Shown: positions 12,755 to 25,671 of the stretch, piece by piece
Numbering within the stretch: the stretch's first letter is position 1
Layout of the letters: each line of letters begins with the position of its first letter
Position numbers and translations under genes: made by a program
The notes under the pieces: model-generated
Seen by the model: only the letters and a program-made list of their open reading frames with translations
The model's database searches: none
What the model was told of the DNA's origin: nothing
Origin: Eledone cirrhosa
Lineage: Eukaryota
NCBI GenBank assembly: GCA_964016885.1
Contig: OZ024740.1
Span: 61,008,001-61,072,000, forward strand
Length of the DNA: 64,000 nt
Direction of reading: 5' to 3'

Positions 12755-13260
12755 AAATATGTTTATACCCTCCATCAGACACCTACCATACGCTGAACGC
12801 CTTGCTTCCCTGGGCATGGATTCATTGAAGCTCCGACGTCTGGCAATGGACTTTGTAAACACCCACAAAGTTATTAACCATCTCGCCAACAACAACCCTG
12901 AGCACCTTTTTGATCTCCATGTGTCTAACACACGTGGACATGCCTACAAAATCAGAAAACAGCACAGCTCCCATGACTTTCGGAAACATTTTTCACGCTC
13001 AGAGTTGCTGAAGCATGGAACAAACTGCCCACGTCAGTTGTTAGCTGCTGAGACACTGCATCCATTAAAACCTTCATGGTTCCCGAAATTCGCCAAAACT
13101 ACACCTGATGTACCCCTTCCATACACATGCACACGTGTGTATCATGACTCGTGCACTGTTCATTTTACTGATGTTTGTGCATTGCCCTATGTACTGTACA
13201 TGCACTTTTTTGATGAGTTGTGGTGCACCTGGGCACTGTACACAATATTTCACTATTATT
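12755..13260 (+). mobile_element. CR1/L2-group LINE 3' fragment
   Basis: LPYAERLASLGMDSLKLRRL...NTRGHAYKI...FRKHF is a typical CR1 ORF2 C-terminus; TATTAT tail. Confidence 0.8.
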
Positions 13261-14007
13261 ATATGGCTTTAACGTAATTTCACCATGTGCTTCTCAGAAC
13301 TATGGTTGTGTTGGACCTAGCTGTGGATATGGGCAGGTATATTGATTTATATACCATCTTCATTCTATATTCCCTTAGAATGGAGAGACTAAACCTCCAA
13401 TGAGTAGCTGAGTTTCATGTGGTTTAATCATAATCGATAGTTTGTCTTCGATGATCGATTATATTGATTAAGTTTTTTGATGATCAATAACATAAATTGA
13501 TTTTTAGCCACACTCTCCAGGTATGAAATAGCGCTATAAGGTTTCACTTATGATTCCACCTGTGTACATATTCTTCTATAGAATATGTATTTGGTATATA
13601 TACAATACTAGCTGAGGTACCCGGCTTCGCCTGGGAGAACAGTTAAGAGAAGACGGATAAAAGAGAAAAGGACTGTATTGGATGTGTTGTCTAGTATGAG
13701 GTGAGACCTTAATGTGTGTGTGTGTGAGATATAAAAAACAATCATAAAACTTCCTTATTAGGCTGGGAGCAGTAAACTGCCGATTAAATGGTAGCATGTA
13801 CTGGGTAATTGCTGGCCTTGTGCCAATAGTAGAAACAATTATATATAGATAACGTTTTTCTTGTACAATATATAGCTCTTTCTTTCTCTCCCTCTCTATA
13901 TATACATATATCTCTTTATTTGGTTATTATGGCTCTAGATAAAGTCTATTGAGCTTGCTTATTGAGAAACTCAAAATTCTAAACATATTTGTTGTTTTGA
14001 TTTATTA

Positions 14008-14066
<59 letters not shown>

Positions 14067-14303
14067 AAAAAGTAAACAAATAACAAAAAGGCACATTACA
14101 TGGAAGAAATATATTAGTTTCACGTTTGAAATAGAGAGAAGAGAGCCTTAATGTTTCGGACACTAGTCCTTCACCACAAGATAGAGTTAGAAATAGAAGA
14201 TAAATAGAAAGTAAAGAGTGATAAGAGGAAGGAACAGGGAAAATGTGAAAAAAATTGGAGGAGAAAAATAACACATGCGTATTCAGTCAGTCATCTTGGA
14301 GTG

Positions 14304-14400
<97 letters not shown>

Positions 14401-15115
14401 TATATATATATATTCACCAGGCTAAAAATTCTAATTTAGTCCAGAAATAGTAAAGCGAAACAACAAAGACAACAATACAATACGATCAAGAAATATATTA
14501 GTTAAACGTTTAATAGATCAGGAAAAGTTTCTTAACGTTTCGGACTCTAGTCCTTTAGAGAGTGAAAAGAGGAAGAAGCAGATATACACGTATATAGTGG
14601 CTGCAAACTCTGCTAATAGTATTGCAATCGCTTACAGAAAATGGTGCACCTTTAGTCTAAGGCCAGTCACACGAACCTGTAACAGACCCTGAACAAGCAA
14701 TGCCTGTGATTTGCAGGTTTTGTAAGTGGGGAAAGGCCTTGCACTGGAGCAATCCCACTCTCTGACCATCGAAAACACTACCCGAAAAGGAGAACTGGTC
14801 AACATCATCGGATGCTTCCGAAACCGCAGGTTTTTTTTTTTCAGAGTTTCCATCTCTTAGAAAGGTGTTGTAACAACAACTGGGAGCCTTTCCCTCCCAG
14901 GTAAAAAACAAACAAACTACTATTTGGATTGCTGTTGACTCTGCTGTGTTCCCCCGTCCTTTGCCAGGTGTTGTATTTCATACCGCAGGGTGTCCAAATA
15001 TCACCCACTTCACCAAGCTTGCGCCGACAACTCGACCATGAGACAGGTTATACTGGGTTACATGTTACCAGTAGCACTCGAGAGTGACTTGACGTACATA
15101 CATACATACATACAT

Positions 15116-15187
<72 letters not shown>

Positions 15188-15189
15188 TA

Positions 15190-16108
15190 CCAGTGGTACC
15201 CGGCGTTGCACGGGATAAGGTATTTTGGAACGCGGGCCGCCAACAGACCTAATCGTGGAAAAACTGAATGCCTGGACAATATGTAAAGAAAATAAACCGA
15301 ATACTCTGATGGCTGGATAATCTTTAATATTTTCCTCGATGAAGCAGGAAAAATGCAGGTTTTCACCTAATGCGGGCCCTAGTGGATCAAGAAAATGAAT
15401 TTTTTTTATGTGCATAATATGCCTTGAAATTTCGGGAAAATAGGCTAGACGTAACGCCTCCAAAAAACCCTAAGAAGCTGAAAAAATGAAGTTTTTCACC
15501 TAATGCGGGCTCTAAGCCATAAGAAAGTTGGATTTTCTTTGCTTACGGTATGAAGAAGAAACTGACTAATACATAGTTACAATTTCAAGGAAATCGGTCT
15601 GACGTAACGCTTCAAAAAACCCCTAAAAATCTTTAAAAACGCAGTTTTTCACCTAATGCGGGCCCTAGGAGATAAAAACAAGTTGAATTTTTTTTTATGA
15701 ACCTAACACTCCCTGCAACATAAGTAATACACATGTAAAGTTTGAAAAAAATCGGTTGGGTACTTCTCGAGTTTTAGGGATTCAAACTCACAAACTCACA
15801 GACACACACTCGCACACAGACATCCTCAGGGAAGTGACGTAATGCAGACAGTCAGACATACAGACAGATATTATAAGGGCGCGACGTTATATGTATGTAT
15901 CTATCTAAAAAGCGAAAGACTAAGAATTATAGAGCGAGATCGCTAAATCGCCTAATGCGATCCCTAGGGCATTGAAATTTGAAATTATTTTTGCTCATAA
16001 CACTCCCTGAAACATAAGTATTACATGTGTAAAGTTTGAAAACAGTCAGTTGGGTGGTTCTCGAGTTTTAGGGATTCGAACTCACACACACACAGATAGA
16101 CATCCTCA

Positions 16109-16112
<4 letters not shown>
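15190..16112 (-). mobile_element. Non-autonomous Helitron-like element
   Basis: Minus-strand 3' end has hairpin CCCGTGCAACGCCGGG then CTGG|T. The other end has CAGA/CA repeats running into (TA)n. Internal repeats TTTCACCTAATGCGGGC at ~15361, 15494 and 15647. Confidence 0.65.
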
Positions 16113-16181
<69 letters not shown>

Positions 16182-16986
16182 GTGTGTGTCTGTGTATGTA
16201 TTGACCTACTTTATACTTTGCAAATTTTTGTGGTCAGATGCTCCTTCCTGACATTCACCCATACTTTTTACCGTGGTGGACATTCCTCAACTTAACAGTA
16301 TTTTGGAGGCAAATTATTATTAGATTCTCCAGCTGCTGTATCGATATGAATCACTTACAATAAAATTTCGCAGAATTTAATAAGCAGGGAGTGGGGTGGA
16401 ATAAAAGCGGGTGGGGGGGGGGGTATTATTCAAGACCTGAGATTATTGAGAGGTGGTTATTTATCAGTAGAGGTGGCAAATTGGCAGAGTCGTTAGAATG
16501 TTAGATAGAATGTTTTCCAGTATTCGTTTCAGCTCCTCTCTGTGTTCTGAGTTCAAAACACACGAAGGTCAACTTTGTCTTTCAGCCTTTCGAGGGTGAT
16601 AAAAAGAAGTGCCAGACCAGTACTGGGTCGATTCTTCCACTATATCTCTTTCACATTTCCTCTCTCCTTCTCTGGAAGAAATCGGCTATGATCAGATCTG
16701 GAGAGGGGAGTGGTTCTGTTAGGTTTAAAATGCTCAAGACACGCTGTATGTCAAGACGGCACCCCTACAATTCTATTAGGAATTACTTCATACATTCAAT
16801 TATCGGTAGCCTTTGAGTTACGCATTTGATTACAGGCATCTTGCTTTACAAGCTAACAGGCTATGCCCTTTCTCTGTCATATTCTCAATAGTCTCGATCT
16901 GTTGTAGTTTGGGACAATAGTACATCGTAAACTGAACAATAAAACAACGAATAAATTCCAGTAAATGACCTTTAACAATAACTTAC

Positions 16987-17276
16987 CTAGCTAATGCTTG
17001 ACCTCCTGGCCAGTAAAATGCCCAAAAGGGATCGGGAAACGGACATTCTTCCCCATTAGAGTGCCACAGATGACAGTTCGAAGTGATAAGCCTTAATTGA
17101 ATTTCTGGAGTTAAGTGATCAGTTGAAATTTCGGTAACTTCCTTAATCAGAGAAGAATGCAGATCAGTAGAAGAAGAAGAAGATGAACAAACTCTCATGT
17201 AAAAGTTTTGAAAAGGTACAGTTCGAAAGGCTTTTCGAATATAAAAATATATGTATCGATTTATAAATACGTTCAT
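16987..17276 (-). CDS. ETFBKMT: ETF-beta lysine methyltransferase, exon 1 with probable mitochondrial presequence
   Basis: HLTPEIQLRLIT...PFPDPFWAFYWPGGQALAR is the METTL20-type N-terminal signature; AG|gtaagt donor. The N-terminus is R/F-rich and acid-free. Spliced CDS is 290+131+335=756 nt (251 aa); the start ATG is less certain. Confidence 0.9.
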
Positions 17277-20084
17277 TGTTTACAATTTAATTGCATATCG
17301 AAAAAAATAGAATTTGACTCTATCTGACAGGGAGTTAACTGCATGATGAGGTTGTATATGATAATTGTTTCTACTTTAGGCACAAAGCCAGCAATTTTAG
17401 GGGAGGGGAAAGTAGATTAAATCGACCTCAGTGCATTATTGGTGCTTTATTTTATCGATCCACGCAAGGATGAAAGGCAAAGCTAACGACGGTGGGATTT
17501 GAACTCAAAAGACAAAGGGCTATAACTCTAATAGCAAAAAGAACTAGCGGTGCTCAGAAACTAAAAACGTGATTATTGCCATTTGAAATACACCGTAATT
17601 TATAAGCTTATTCAAATGATGTAAATGCGTCTAATACGTAAAGAATTTTGATGTATTTGAATCCTCAGTGATAAGAAAAATAATCGGAATTATATCCTAG
17701 TCGAGATATTTCCACCGCAAAACATGAATCCTCGTTATATATTTGGTTGAATTTGTATTTAAAACGTATATATTAAGGTAATATAAAGAAACCTGTATTA
17801 TCTATAAACTTATGAGAAGTATGTTTTAAATTTATTTATAGATATGTAATTGGATTCCTCTAATAACTGGCTAAATTTTTTTATCTCCTATATCAGAAAT
17901 AAAATCTTCATCAAAATAAGGAACTAGAACATTTCTCACAGTATTTGCATATTTCATACGATGAGACTTCACTTTGGACTCTCTGGCACATAATTCTTAT
18001 ACAAGTCTACTAAGTGATCACAGCTATTAAATGATGAGTGGCAACAAATAAACATTGCTAAATTCGCTTCAAGCATAGATGTTTTATATTTGGTTTTAAT
18101 AAAATTGGTAAGAGGAATCATTTGTTGTGGTGTTGATATCTTATGGTACTTTGTTTCACAGTGACTTACTAAAAGAGAATATTTTACCAAAATATTACAT
18201 CTACAATATTTGCAATATGTTTTAAATTGGGTGCTAGGTACTTGACACGACTACTTATTAAACGCTGGCATCTTAAGTCATTCCTCTCGGAAGTTTTGCT
18301 GGTAAAACTTTGTTTTTTTCTTTGCTTATTATATATAATACAGGATGAAGCAAGAAAATAAATTGAATTGAAAACACAACTTATCGATTTGCCGCTAACA
18401 AGCCTTAAGGTTAAAACGCTGATTTAGGATGCAGGGTTGCTAATTTATAAATGGAGAAATAAAATCTATAGAAATCCTAAGACTGTGTTCTGATAAGCAT
18501 TAGAACATCAAATTTCGCTTTCGATGTTTTATTTCACATCTATTGCTGAAAGTATATATATGGGCGAGATTCTGTACTTTCACACAAGATATGCAAAAAA
18601 TAAAAATGAAAGGCTATTTCAAAACAGCCAAACTAAATATAAATCAGCCTATCACAATAAAAACTTATCACTACAGAATTGGAATTGTCGCTTATGTCAG
18701 CTCATGGATAAAGCGAATTTATGTGTTCTTATTTGTGACAGAGTATTGACTATGGAGCTCAGATGCTGACAGGAGTTATCTCCCTCCACTACCAACCAGG
18801 ACTGAAAGGGTAAATAAAATACTCAATAATCTTTTATTTGACGTATTATGAAAGTGAAAGTAAAAATTCAACAATAACCGATAAAACTAAAATTCGACTA
18901 TAAAATACTTTTTTTTTTTTAAACGAAGAAAACAGTAGAAAAAAGGGTAACAAATGTGGAAATGTTATGATCAGAGAAAAATGCTAAATAAATTTTTAAA
19001 ACTGCTATTTTCCCTGCTAAATGCTAGATTCAAAATTTTCCTGCTAAATGATTAGAAAAAGTGTTGGATCAAGCATTAAAAATGCTAAATTGTCAACATC
19101 CTAAGCATTTGAAAGATTATGGTATCCACTTTATATTAAGTAAATAAAAAAAAATTAGTTTGGCGTGATGCTCTAAGCATGTATTTATTTTGCTTAATGG
19201 TTAATCCAGCCTTGGACGAAGATGTATGCTTACAAAGGACGTAATTGTATGAAAATGCCGTGGTTAATAAAGTTAGTAAGAATTTGTTTGTGAATTGTTG
19301 TAGATGAATAAAATATAAAATACCAATAGCTTAGTATAACTTCTTGCGAGAAAGCGATGCAATAATGGGATAGGAATGGGCCTCTGTCATTTTCGATGAT
19401 GAATATTCCAGTTGTTCGATTAACGGAACAGTCTGCTCATTAAATTATCGTGTAAGTGGCCGAACATTCAACAAGTACGTACACCCTTAAAGGAACAATT
19501 TTCAGCAATATTGGCCTTTTGAATTGTAGGTACAGGCCATCCAACGGACTTCAAACAATTTCCATCTACCGAACGTCACTTACAAGGCTTGGGGGTGACC
19601 CGAAGCTGTTACACTGTGGGGTCGAACATATGAGCCATGCTGCGTTCACGTGTATGACAAGCCAGAAACGTTAGAACCCATCATTGGGCAATATGATGTT
19701 CAGTACTAGGGTCAACCTGATATTTTTGACCTTTCGGGATCAATAGAATAAAGTAGTACTGTGACCAGACTGCACTGCCCAAACTATTCTGGGTGGTGAG
19801 GCTAGGCCTTCGTAAATGTTCATCTCTATCACTGCCCGGCTTCTCTTCCTCTCACGCTTGCTCTACTTTGTAGGCAACATCCACTCTTTTCCAGCATAGT
19901 CTAGTTCCAACAGGGAGGTGGATGAAGCTCTACTACAAGGTGTGTGGGGGGGGGGGGTCACTTCCAAAGTAGGATATGAAGATGAGTCATAAGTAAGCGG
20001 ACATTCCAACATTTACTAAAAGTCTGGTCATACAGTACGAAATCATAAATACATCAAACAAAAGTAGTTAAAAATATAATTTAA

Positions 20085-20450
20085 ATACGTGTTCGAAAAT
20101 CTGACCCTGTTCCTCAATACATTTGAAAACTCCACGAAGAATAGAATAACATACAGGTCGACATTGATTTCTGCACAAGAATTCACTATCCTAGTTTTAA
20201 GCTGCTGAACACTTCTCAGCGTAAACTGAATACTTCAGTACACCCCAAAGAAAAATGTCAAGAGGTGTAAGATCAGTAGATCGAGAAGGATGCTCGATAG
20301 GACCACGGTGTCCGAGCCATCTACAATGAGGAGGTGCGCCGTCTTGCTGGAACCATATCTTACGAGCATGTAGCCATTTTGTAAAACTTGGCAGTAAATA
20401 ATTGTTGAGCATTACCACATAGTTGTTACCCGTTACAGTTTCTTCGAAAA
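20085..20450 (-). mobile_element. Tc1/mariner transposase relic
   Basis: WFQQDGAPPH...RGPIEHPSRSTDLTPLDIFLWGVLK..VY. Confidence 0.85.
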
Positions 20451-21399
20451 CGTTATCTGTGAACTTTGCAATAAAAATGCATTGACTGCTCGGTTACTTA
20501 TGACGCATCTTGTATATTGACGCAGAGAGTTTGAGACAGTTTACAGTTGAAATATAGTTTTGAATCTCATTTTGATAAATCCAATCACCTATTTTCTACG
20601 AGTACCAAATGTTGCTTTGCCTATGACAAACGACAGTAGCCCACACAGTCCAGATGTGCTCTGCAGCTCTACCACTCTTACAGTTGAAACTGATATCTGT
20701 GGTGGATTGAAATGCTGTTGAGGTCTAATCATAAAACGGGTCCTATCAAGAGTATTTTCAATACTGGAGCCATAAGAATTGTCCATGGTTGATAGAACCC
20801 TTCCCGGGGGACTTACTCTTTGCCCTTGGTTTAGAGGTAGATGCCCCAAATGCGACAGCACTCTCTTTCGTTGCTCCTTCTCGCATCCTAGATACTGTGA
20901 CGAAGGGGTTGGATATTACATCCATAGCCAAACAGAATAAACTACTGAAATATAATTTAGTTCAATACATATTTCGTCTTTGGTGTAAAAACGTTTGAAA
21001 TTTCTAAAGACCAGTTTCTAAAGTTTAGAATCTAAACAGAACTGAAATTTCCTGCAATGTAACCACACTGACCTTACGTCTAAGACCAACCCAGTTACGT
21101 CCCTTGCACCTCTTGCTCCAATCAGTTCACGAAGAAGATCATGTAGAATTTCTGTCGGAAAAAGGAAAATAAATAAATAGAAATATAGTTGTTATTTTAT
21201 TGTTATTAATAAAAAAAAATGTTTCTTTATATTATATATATTTTTACTATTTTATGGATCTCGATCTAAATTATTATTCACTATGATTGCTTTTACGATC
21301 TAATGATACTGCCAACTTAATTATTATTAATTAAATAACATTACAAATTATTCACAATCCATTCTGAATGGAAACATAAACACATATGATAAATACAAT

Positions 21400-21703
21400 T
21401 AATTATTGCTAGGAACCTTATAAATATAACGTGCCAAAATATACGATGAGAGAGAAAGCAAAAACAAAAAAAAAGGGGGAAACTAAAACAAAAACGACCA
21501 TCAATTTACCACCATGTGCGACAATCGGCCGCACAGCACAAGGGCCAACGGAAGTATTTTTGAGGTAAGCTAACACGCTCGCAGCATTACCGCAGATGAT
21601 GGCAAGGCTTAGGCGCTGAAACAACCAGATACCTTCACGGGTATCACCTGACATATCGGTAAGGCGAGCCGCCAACGATGACAAGAACTTCGCTGTCAAC
21701 GGC
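21400..21703 (-). mobile_element. 3' fragment of a CRE-like (RLE endonuclease) non-LTR retrotransposon
   Basis: SGDTREGIWLFQRLSLAIICGNAASVL resembles the QRLS.A.QRGNA C-terminal motif; T-rich 3'UTR. Confidence 0.65.
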
Positions 21704-21930
21704 CCTTACCTGTAAGAGTTGTAAGGTTCCAATTGCCAATTGTTAAGATTTGCTCTCTTCCGGACCCTTTTTGGAGAATGGCGATACGCAACCTTTGTGT
21801 GTGTTCATTTCACGCCTCCCGGGTCAGGTCACAGCCCATCTTCAGTTCTTGTAGCATTAGATAGAGACTGTTTATATCGCAACTAACCAGTATATACGAT
21901 GGCCGTATTGCTACCACCTGCGGCCCCTTC
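21704..21930 (-). mobile_element. 5' fragment of an RTE-like LINE (start of APE domain)
   Basis: Minus strand encodes ILTIGNWNLTTLTGK, the APE motif I pattern of RTE elements. Confidence 0.5.
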
Positions 21931-22146
21931 TCTAGCAGAACAACTCTGTTGTGATATTAATTTGCTTGTTTGTGTTATTAATCATTATATAGTTAACTGA
22001 TAAAATTTGAACCCTGTATTTTAAAACACTGATAATATTTGTATATGTATTTTAAATAAAATTATATTTTTTAAATAATCAGAGATCATTATTACTATCC
22101 CGGTACGGCCCTTGTGGCCAATAAATGAAATCATTATTACTATCCC

Positions 22147-22652
22147 TGTGGTGGATTGGCAGTATCGGTAGAGCGTCGGACGCCATGCTTAGCAGCAAAG
22201 AGTTACGGCCCTTTATAAGATCAAATCCCGCCGAGGTTAACTCTGCCTTTCATCCTTACGGGGTCGATAAAATAAAGTACCAGTAATGTACTGGGTAATT
22301 GCTGGCCTTGTGCCAAAAGTAGAAACAATTATTACCATCCCGCCAAGGTTAACATTGCCTTTCATCCTTATGGGGACGATAAAATAAAGTACCAGTAATG
22401 TACTGAGATAATTGCTGGCCTTGTGCCAAAAAGTAGAAACAATTATTACTATATAAGGGCGGTGGATTGGCAGTATCGGTAGAGCGTCAGACACCATGCT
22501 TTGCAGCAATAAGTTACGACCCTTTACGTTCTGAGTTCAAATCCCGCCGAGGTTAACTTTGCCTTTCATCCTTACGAGGTCGATAAAATAAAGTACCAGT
22601 AATGCACTGGGGTAATTGCTGGCCTTGTGCCAAAAGTAGAAGCAATTATTAC
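22147..22652 (+). mobile_element. Tandem cluster of about 2.6 tRNA-derived SINE copies (Meta-like central domain)
   Basis: A-box-like TGGCAGTATCGG, B-box GTTCAAATCC, GCCTTTCATCCTTACGGGGTCGATAAAATAAAGTACCAG and ATT tail. Further copies at ~33192-33388 (+), 42985-43168 (-) and 17365-17530 (-). Confidence 0.8.
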
Positions 22653-22984
22653 TATAGGTATTTCTGACAAATGCTGGAACTATTTCACGTAAGTGGTAAA
22701 TATAGCAAGAATAATTACAGTCAGTAGGATGCCGGGGTAAATTAATTTTATATTCTGGCTTCAAATCCTGTTAAACTTATTTAATATCGCACACGATGAA
22801 AAATAGCGTTGCTGGTTACGGGTCTTTAATGAGTCAGTCATTGAGTGGGCGTTTGTAATTTGGTGCAGAACAAATATCGCAGGGACTTCGTTTAAAGAGC
22901 AGCGGTTTTCCAGTTTTTGTGCTGTTGTTTCCTTCGCCGATGTACATCGGTGAAAGACATGTGAGCGTGATAGGTTTCTTCAAA

Positions 22985-24378
22985 ACACAGAGAGTCATTT
23001 GCCTCTTCATATAGGCAACACAGCTTCCTTGCATTGCGAGCTTACTACTACCTATGCTGGTAATACTGGCTGACTACAACATGTCACTTTATAATGGCCT
23101 TTTTGAACACTATTCATTGGTGAGTGCTACCATCAAACTTTATATTTACGATCCGGAGTAATCATATTCCTTTTGCTTTTTGCTGAAGTGAAGTATAGTT
23201 ATATATTTAACCAAAATTATATATATATATATATATTCGCAATAATTTATGAGAGACAAAACATGTCGAAGAACCGGGAGTTAGCGACTCTGTACGAGAA
23301 AAAAAGAGAATGCAACAAATAAACGCAATTTTTTATAAGAGGAAAAAAGTGGGAGAAGACAGGCATACTTCACACGCCACATGACGAACCGCCAACAATG
23401 TCAAGAACTTCGTTGTCAGCGACCCAGCTTGCCCCAACGTAGGATGAACACAGTTTAATCCAGTGGTTCCCAAACCTTTTTTTACTCACGGCGCATTTTT
23501 TAAAAAGTAAAAATATGCTGCGCACTTTGTACCAGGAATTCGAAAATTCGTTCAAAAGAGTTTTTCATACATATGAAGCGAAGTTAGAAGTTGTTATGAA
23601 AGAGGATGATAAACACAACCAATACAATAATTTGGGTTAAATATATAACTATACTTCACTTCGGCAAAAAGGAAAAGGAATATGATTACTCCGGATCGTA
23701 AATATAAAGTGTGATGGTAGCACTCACCAATGAATAGTGTTCAAAAAGGCCACTATAAAGTGACATGTTGTAGTCAGCCAGCATAGCAACATATATGAAG
23801 AGGCAAATGATTCTCTGTCTGGTTGAAGTGCTGTTGGAAGAATTGATGTCGGGCCCTTGCCGACAGGGCCGGAGTTTTTTGCCAAGTGCTACATCTCGCT
23901 ACTTGCTTGAGTAGGTTGAAGTGATGCTTCTCTTCCAAGGAACCAGAGTTGAATGACCCACAGAAAAACTTATTTCACTTCACCTCAAGTTGGCTAGCCT
24001 CTCTAGACCACTGACGGCAACCGAGATAAAGAAAAGTAGCAGCCAGATGCCATCGGGGGTTAGCATGTGCGAAGCGATTTCACTACACATATTAACATAA
24101 CATTAAAAGGTTTTGGGCTCAGAGTTGATAGATTGTGCTATTTTCCCCAAATCTTGTTACCTAATTTTATTTGTTTGCCTCTTTGACATGTTATATATGA
24201 ATGAACCTTGTCATTGTTGGCGGTTCGTCATATGGCGTGTGAAGTATGCCTGTCTTCTCTCACTTTTTTTTCTTCTCTTATATAAATTGCGTTTATTTGT
24301 TGCATTGTCTTTTTTTTTGTCGTACAGAGTCGCTAACTCCCGGTTCTTCCACATGTTTTGTCTCTTATAAATCATTGC

Positions 24379-24385
<7 letters not shown>
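22985..24385. repeat. Two interleaved inverted-repeat pairs
   Basis: A ~22985-23220 pairs with A' ~23627-23820; B ~23232-23405 pairs with B' ~24207-24385. Confidence 0.85.
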
Positions 24386-24427
<42 letters not shown>

Positions 24428-24466
24428 TTTGCGAGGTTTTTGATATGAAATCGTGTGTCGAAACAA

Positions 24467-25532
24467 ATATTGTTATACTTGGGGAGGGTCATATTTGTGT
24501 AATATTGCCAGAATTAATAACAGAACACACTCACTGTTTGGTTGGTTTTCGTTTCTGTGTCTTTTATATCGGTAATCTAATTTATTCGGTCCTCAATGTT
24601 GCCATTGACTGACCAACGGTCAAAAATACAGATACAATATAGACACAAACACATATATATAGTTTATCAAAGTTCTTTCGTTGCACATCTGCAACATCGT
24701 CAGTGGTGCTATTGTTTCCTCCCGTTGCATTGTATTTTCTACGCCATCTTTATTTAGTCTGTTTATATATTTATTTATTTGTATATTTTATTTGTTTATT
24801 TTATTTTGTCTTTGCGCATGCGTTAGCGTGTGTGTATAGTGTTTTGTTTGATGTGTGTTCGTGATTGGGTGGCTGTGTATTGGTTAATGTATTCTATATT
24901 TACTAGTGTGTGTTTATATGTGTTTGTTGTTATTGTGCTTGTGTATGTATTTATTTATCTATTTATTTATTTATTTATACTTCTCTTAGATCAAACAACA
25001 CTGACCTAAGAGAAGTATAAATAAATAAATAAATAAATAGATAAATAAATAACTACATACACAAGAACAATAACAACAAACACATATAAACACACACTGG
25101 TAAAGATAGAATACATTAACCAATACACAGCCACCCAATCACGAACACACATCAAACAAAACACTATACACACACGCAAACGCATGCGCAAAGACAAAAT
25201 AAAATAAACAAATAAAATAAACAAATAAATAAATATATAAACAGACTAAATAAAGATGACGTAGAAAATACAATGCAACAGGAGGAAACAATAGCACCAC
25301 TGACGATGTTGCAGATGTGCAACGAAAGAACTTTGATAAACTATATATATGTGTTTGTGTCTATATTGTATCTGTATTTTTGACCGTTGGTCAGTCAATG
25401 GCAACATTGAGGACAGAATAAATTAGATTACCGATATAAAAGACACAGAAGCAAAAACCAACCAAACAAACAGTGAGCGTGTTCTGTTATTAATTCTGGC
25501 AATATTACACAAATATGACCCTCTCCAAGTAT

Positions 25533-25540
<8 letters not shown>
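24467..25540. repeat. ~1.07-kb near-perfect palindrome (Penelope-like terminal repeat), hammerhead motif in each arm
   Basis: Arms 24467-24989 and 25006-25540 with a 16-nt spacer, few substitutions and small indels; (TA)n tracts on both sides. Confidence 0.9.
25296..25337 (+). ncRNA. Type I hammerhead ribozyme motif (mirror copy at 24666-24707, minus strand)
   Basis: ACCA-CTGACGA-T-GTTGCA-GATG-TGCAAC-GAAA-GAA-CTT-TGAT. Stem II is a perfect 6 bp; stems I and III are weak. Confidence 0.6.
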
Positions 25541-25610
<70 letters not shown>

Positions 25611-25671
25611 TATATATATATAATAAGGAGTTGACGGACCCAGCATATTTATCAACGCCAGTATATATATA

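Noticed and set aside
14005-16295. ORFs with YIYIYI runs (also near 24.2-25.7 kb and 49.2 kb)
   Set aside because: They are translations of (TA)n microsatellites.
17325-18790. Recurrent GGGAG(A/T)TAACT-like motif (~17330, 18772; also ~40440, 44897)
   Set aside because: Short and degenerate; a regulatory site cannot be told apart from repeat debris by eye.
21790-21856. Minus-strand CTGAAGA...GAAA as a possible hammerhead
   Set aside because: No convincing stem II closure or stem I/III pairing.
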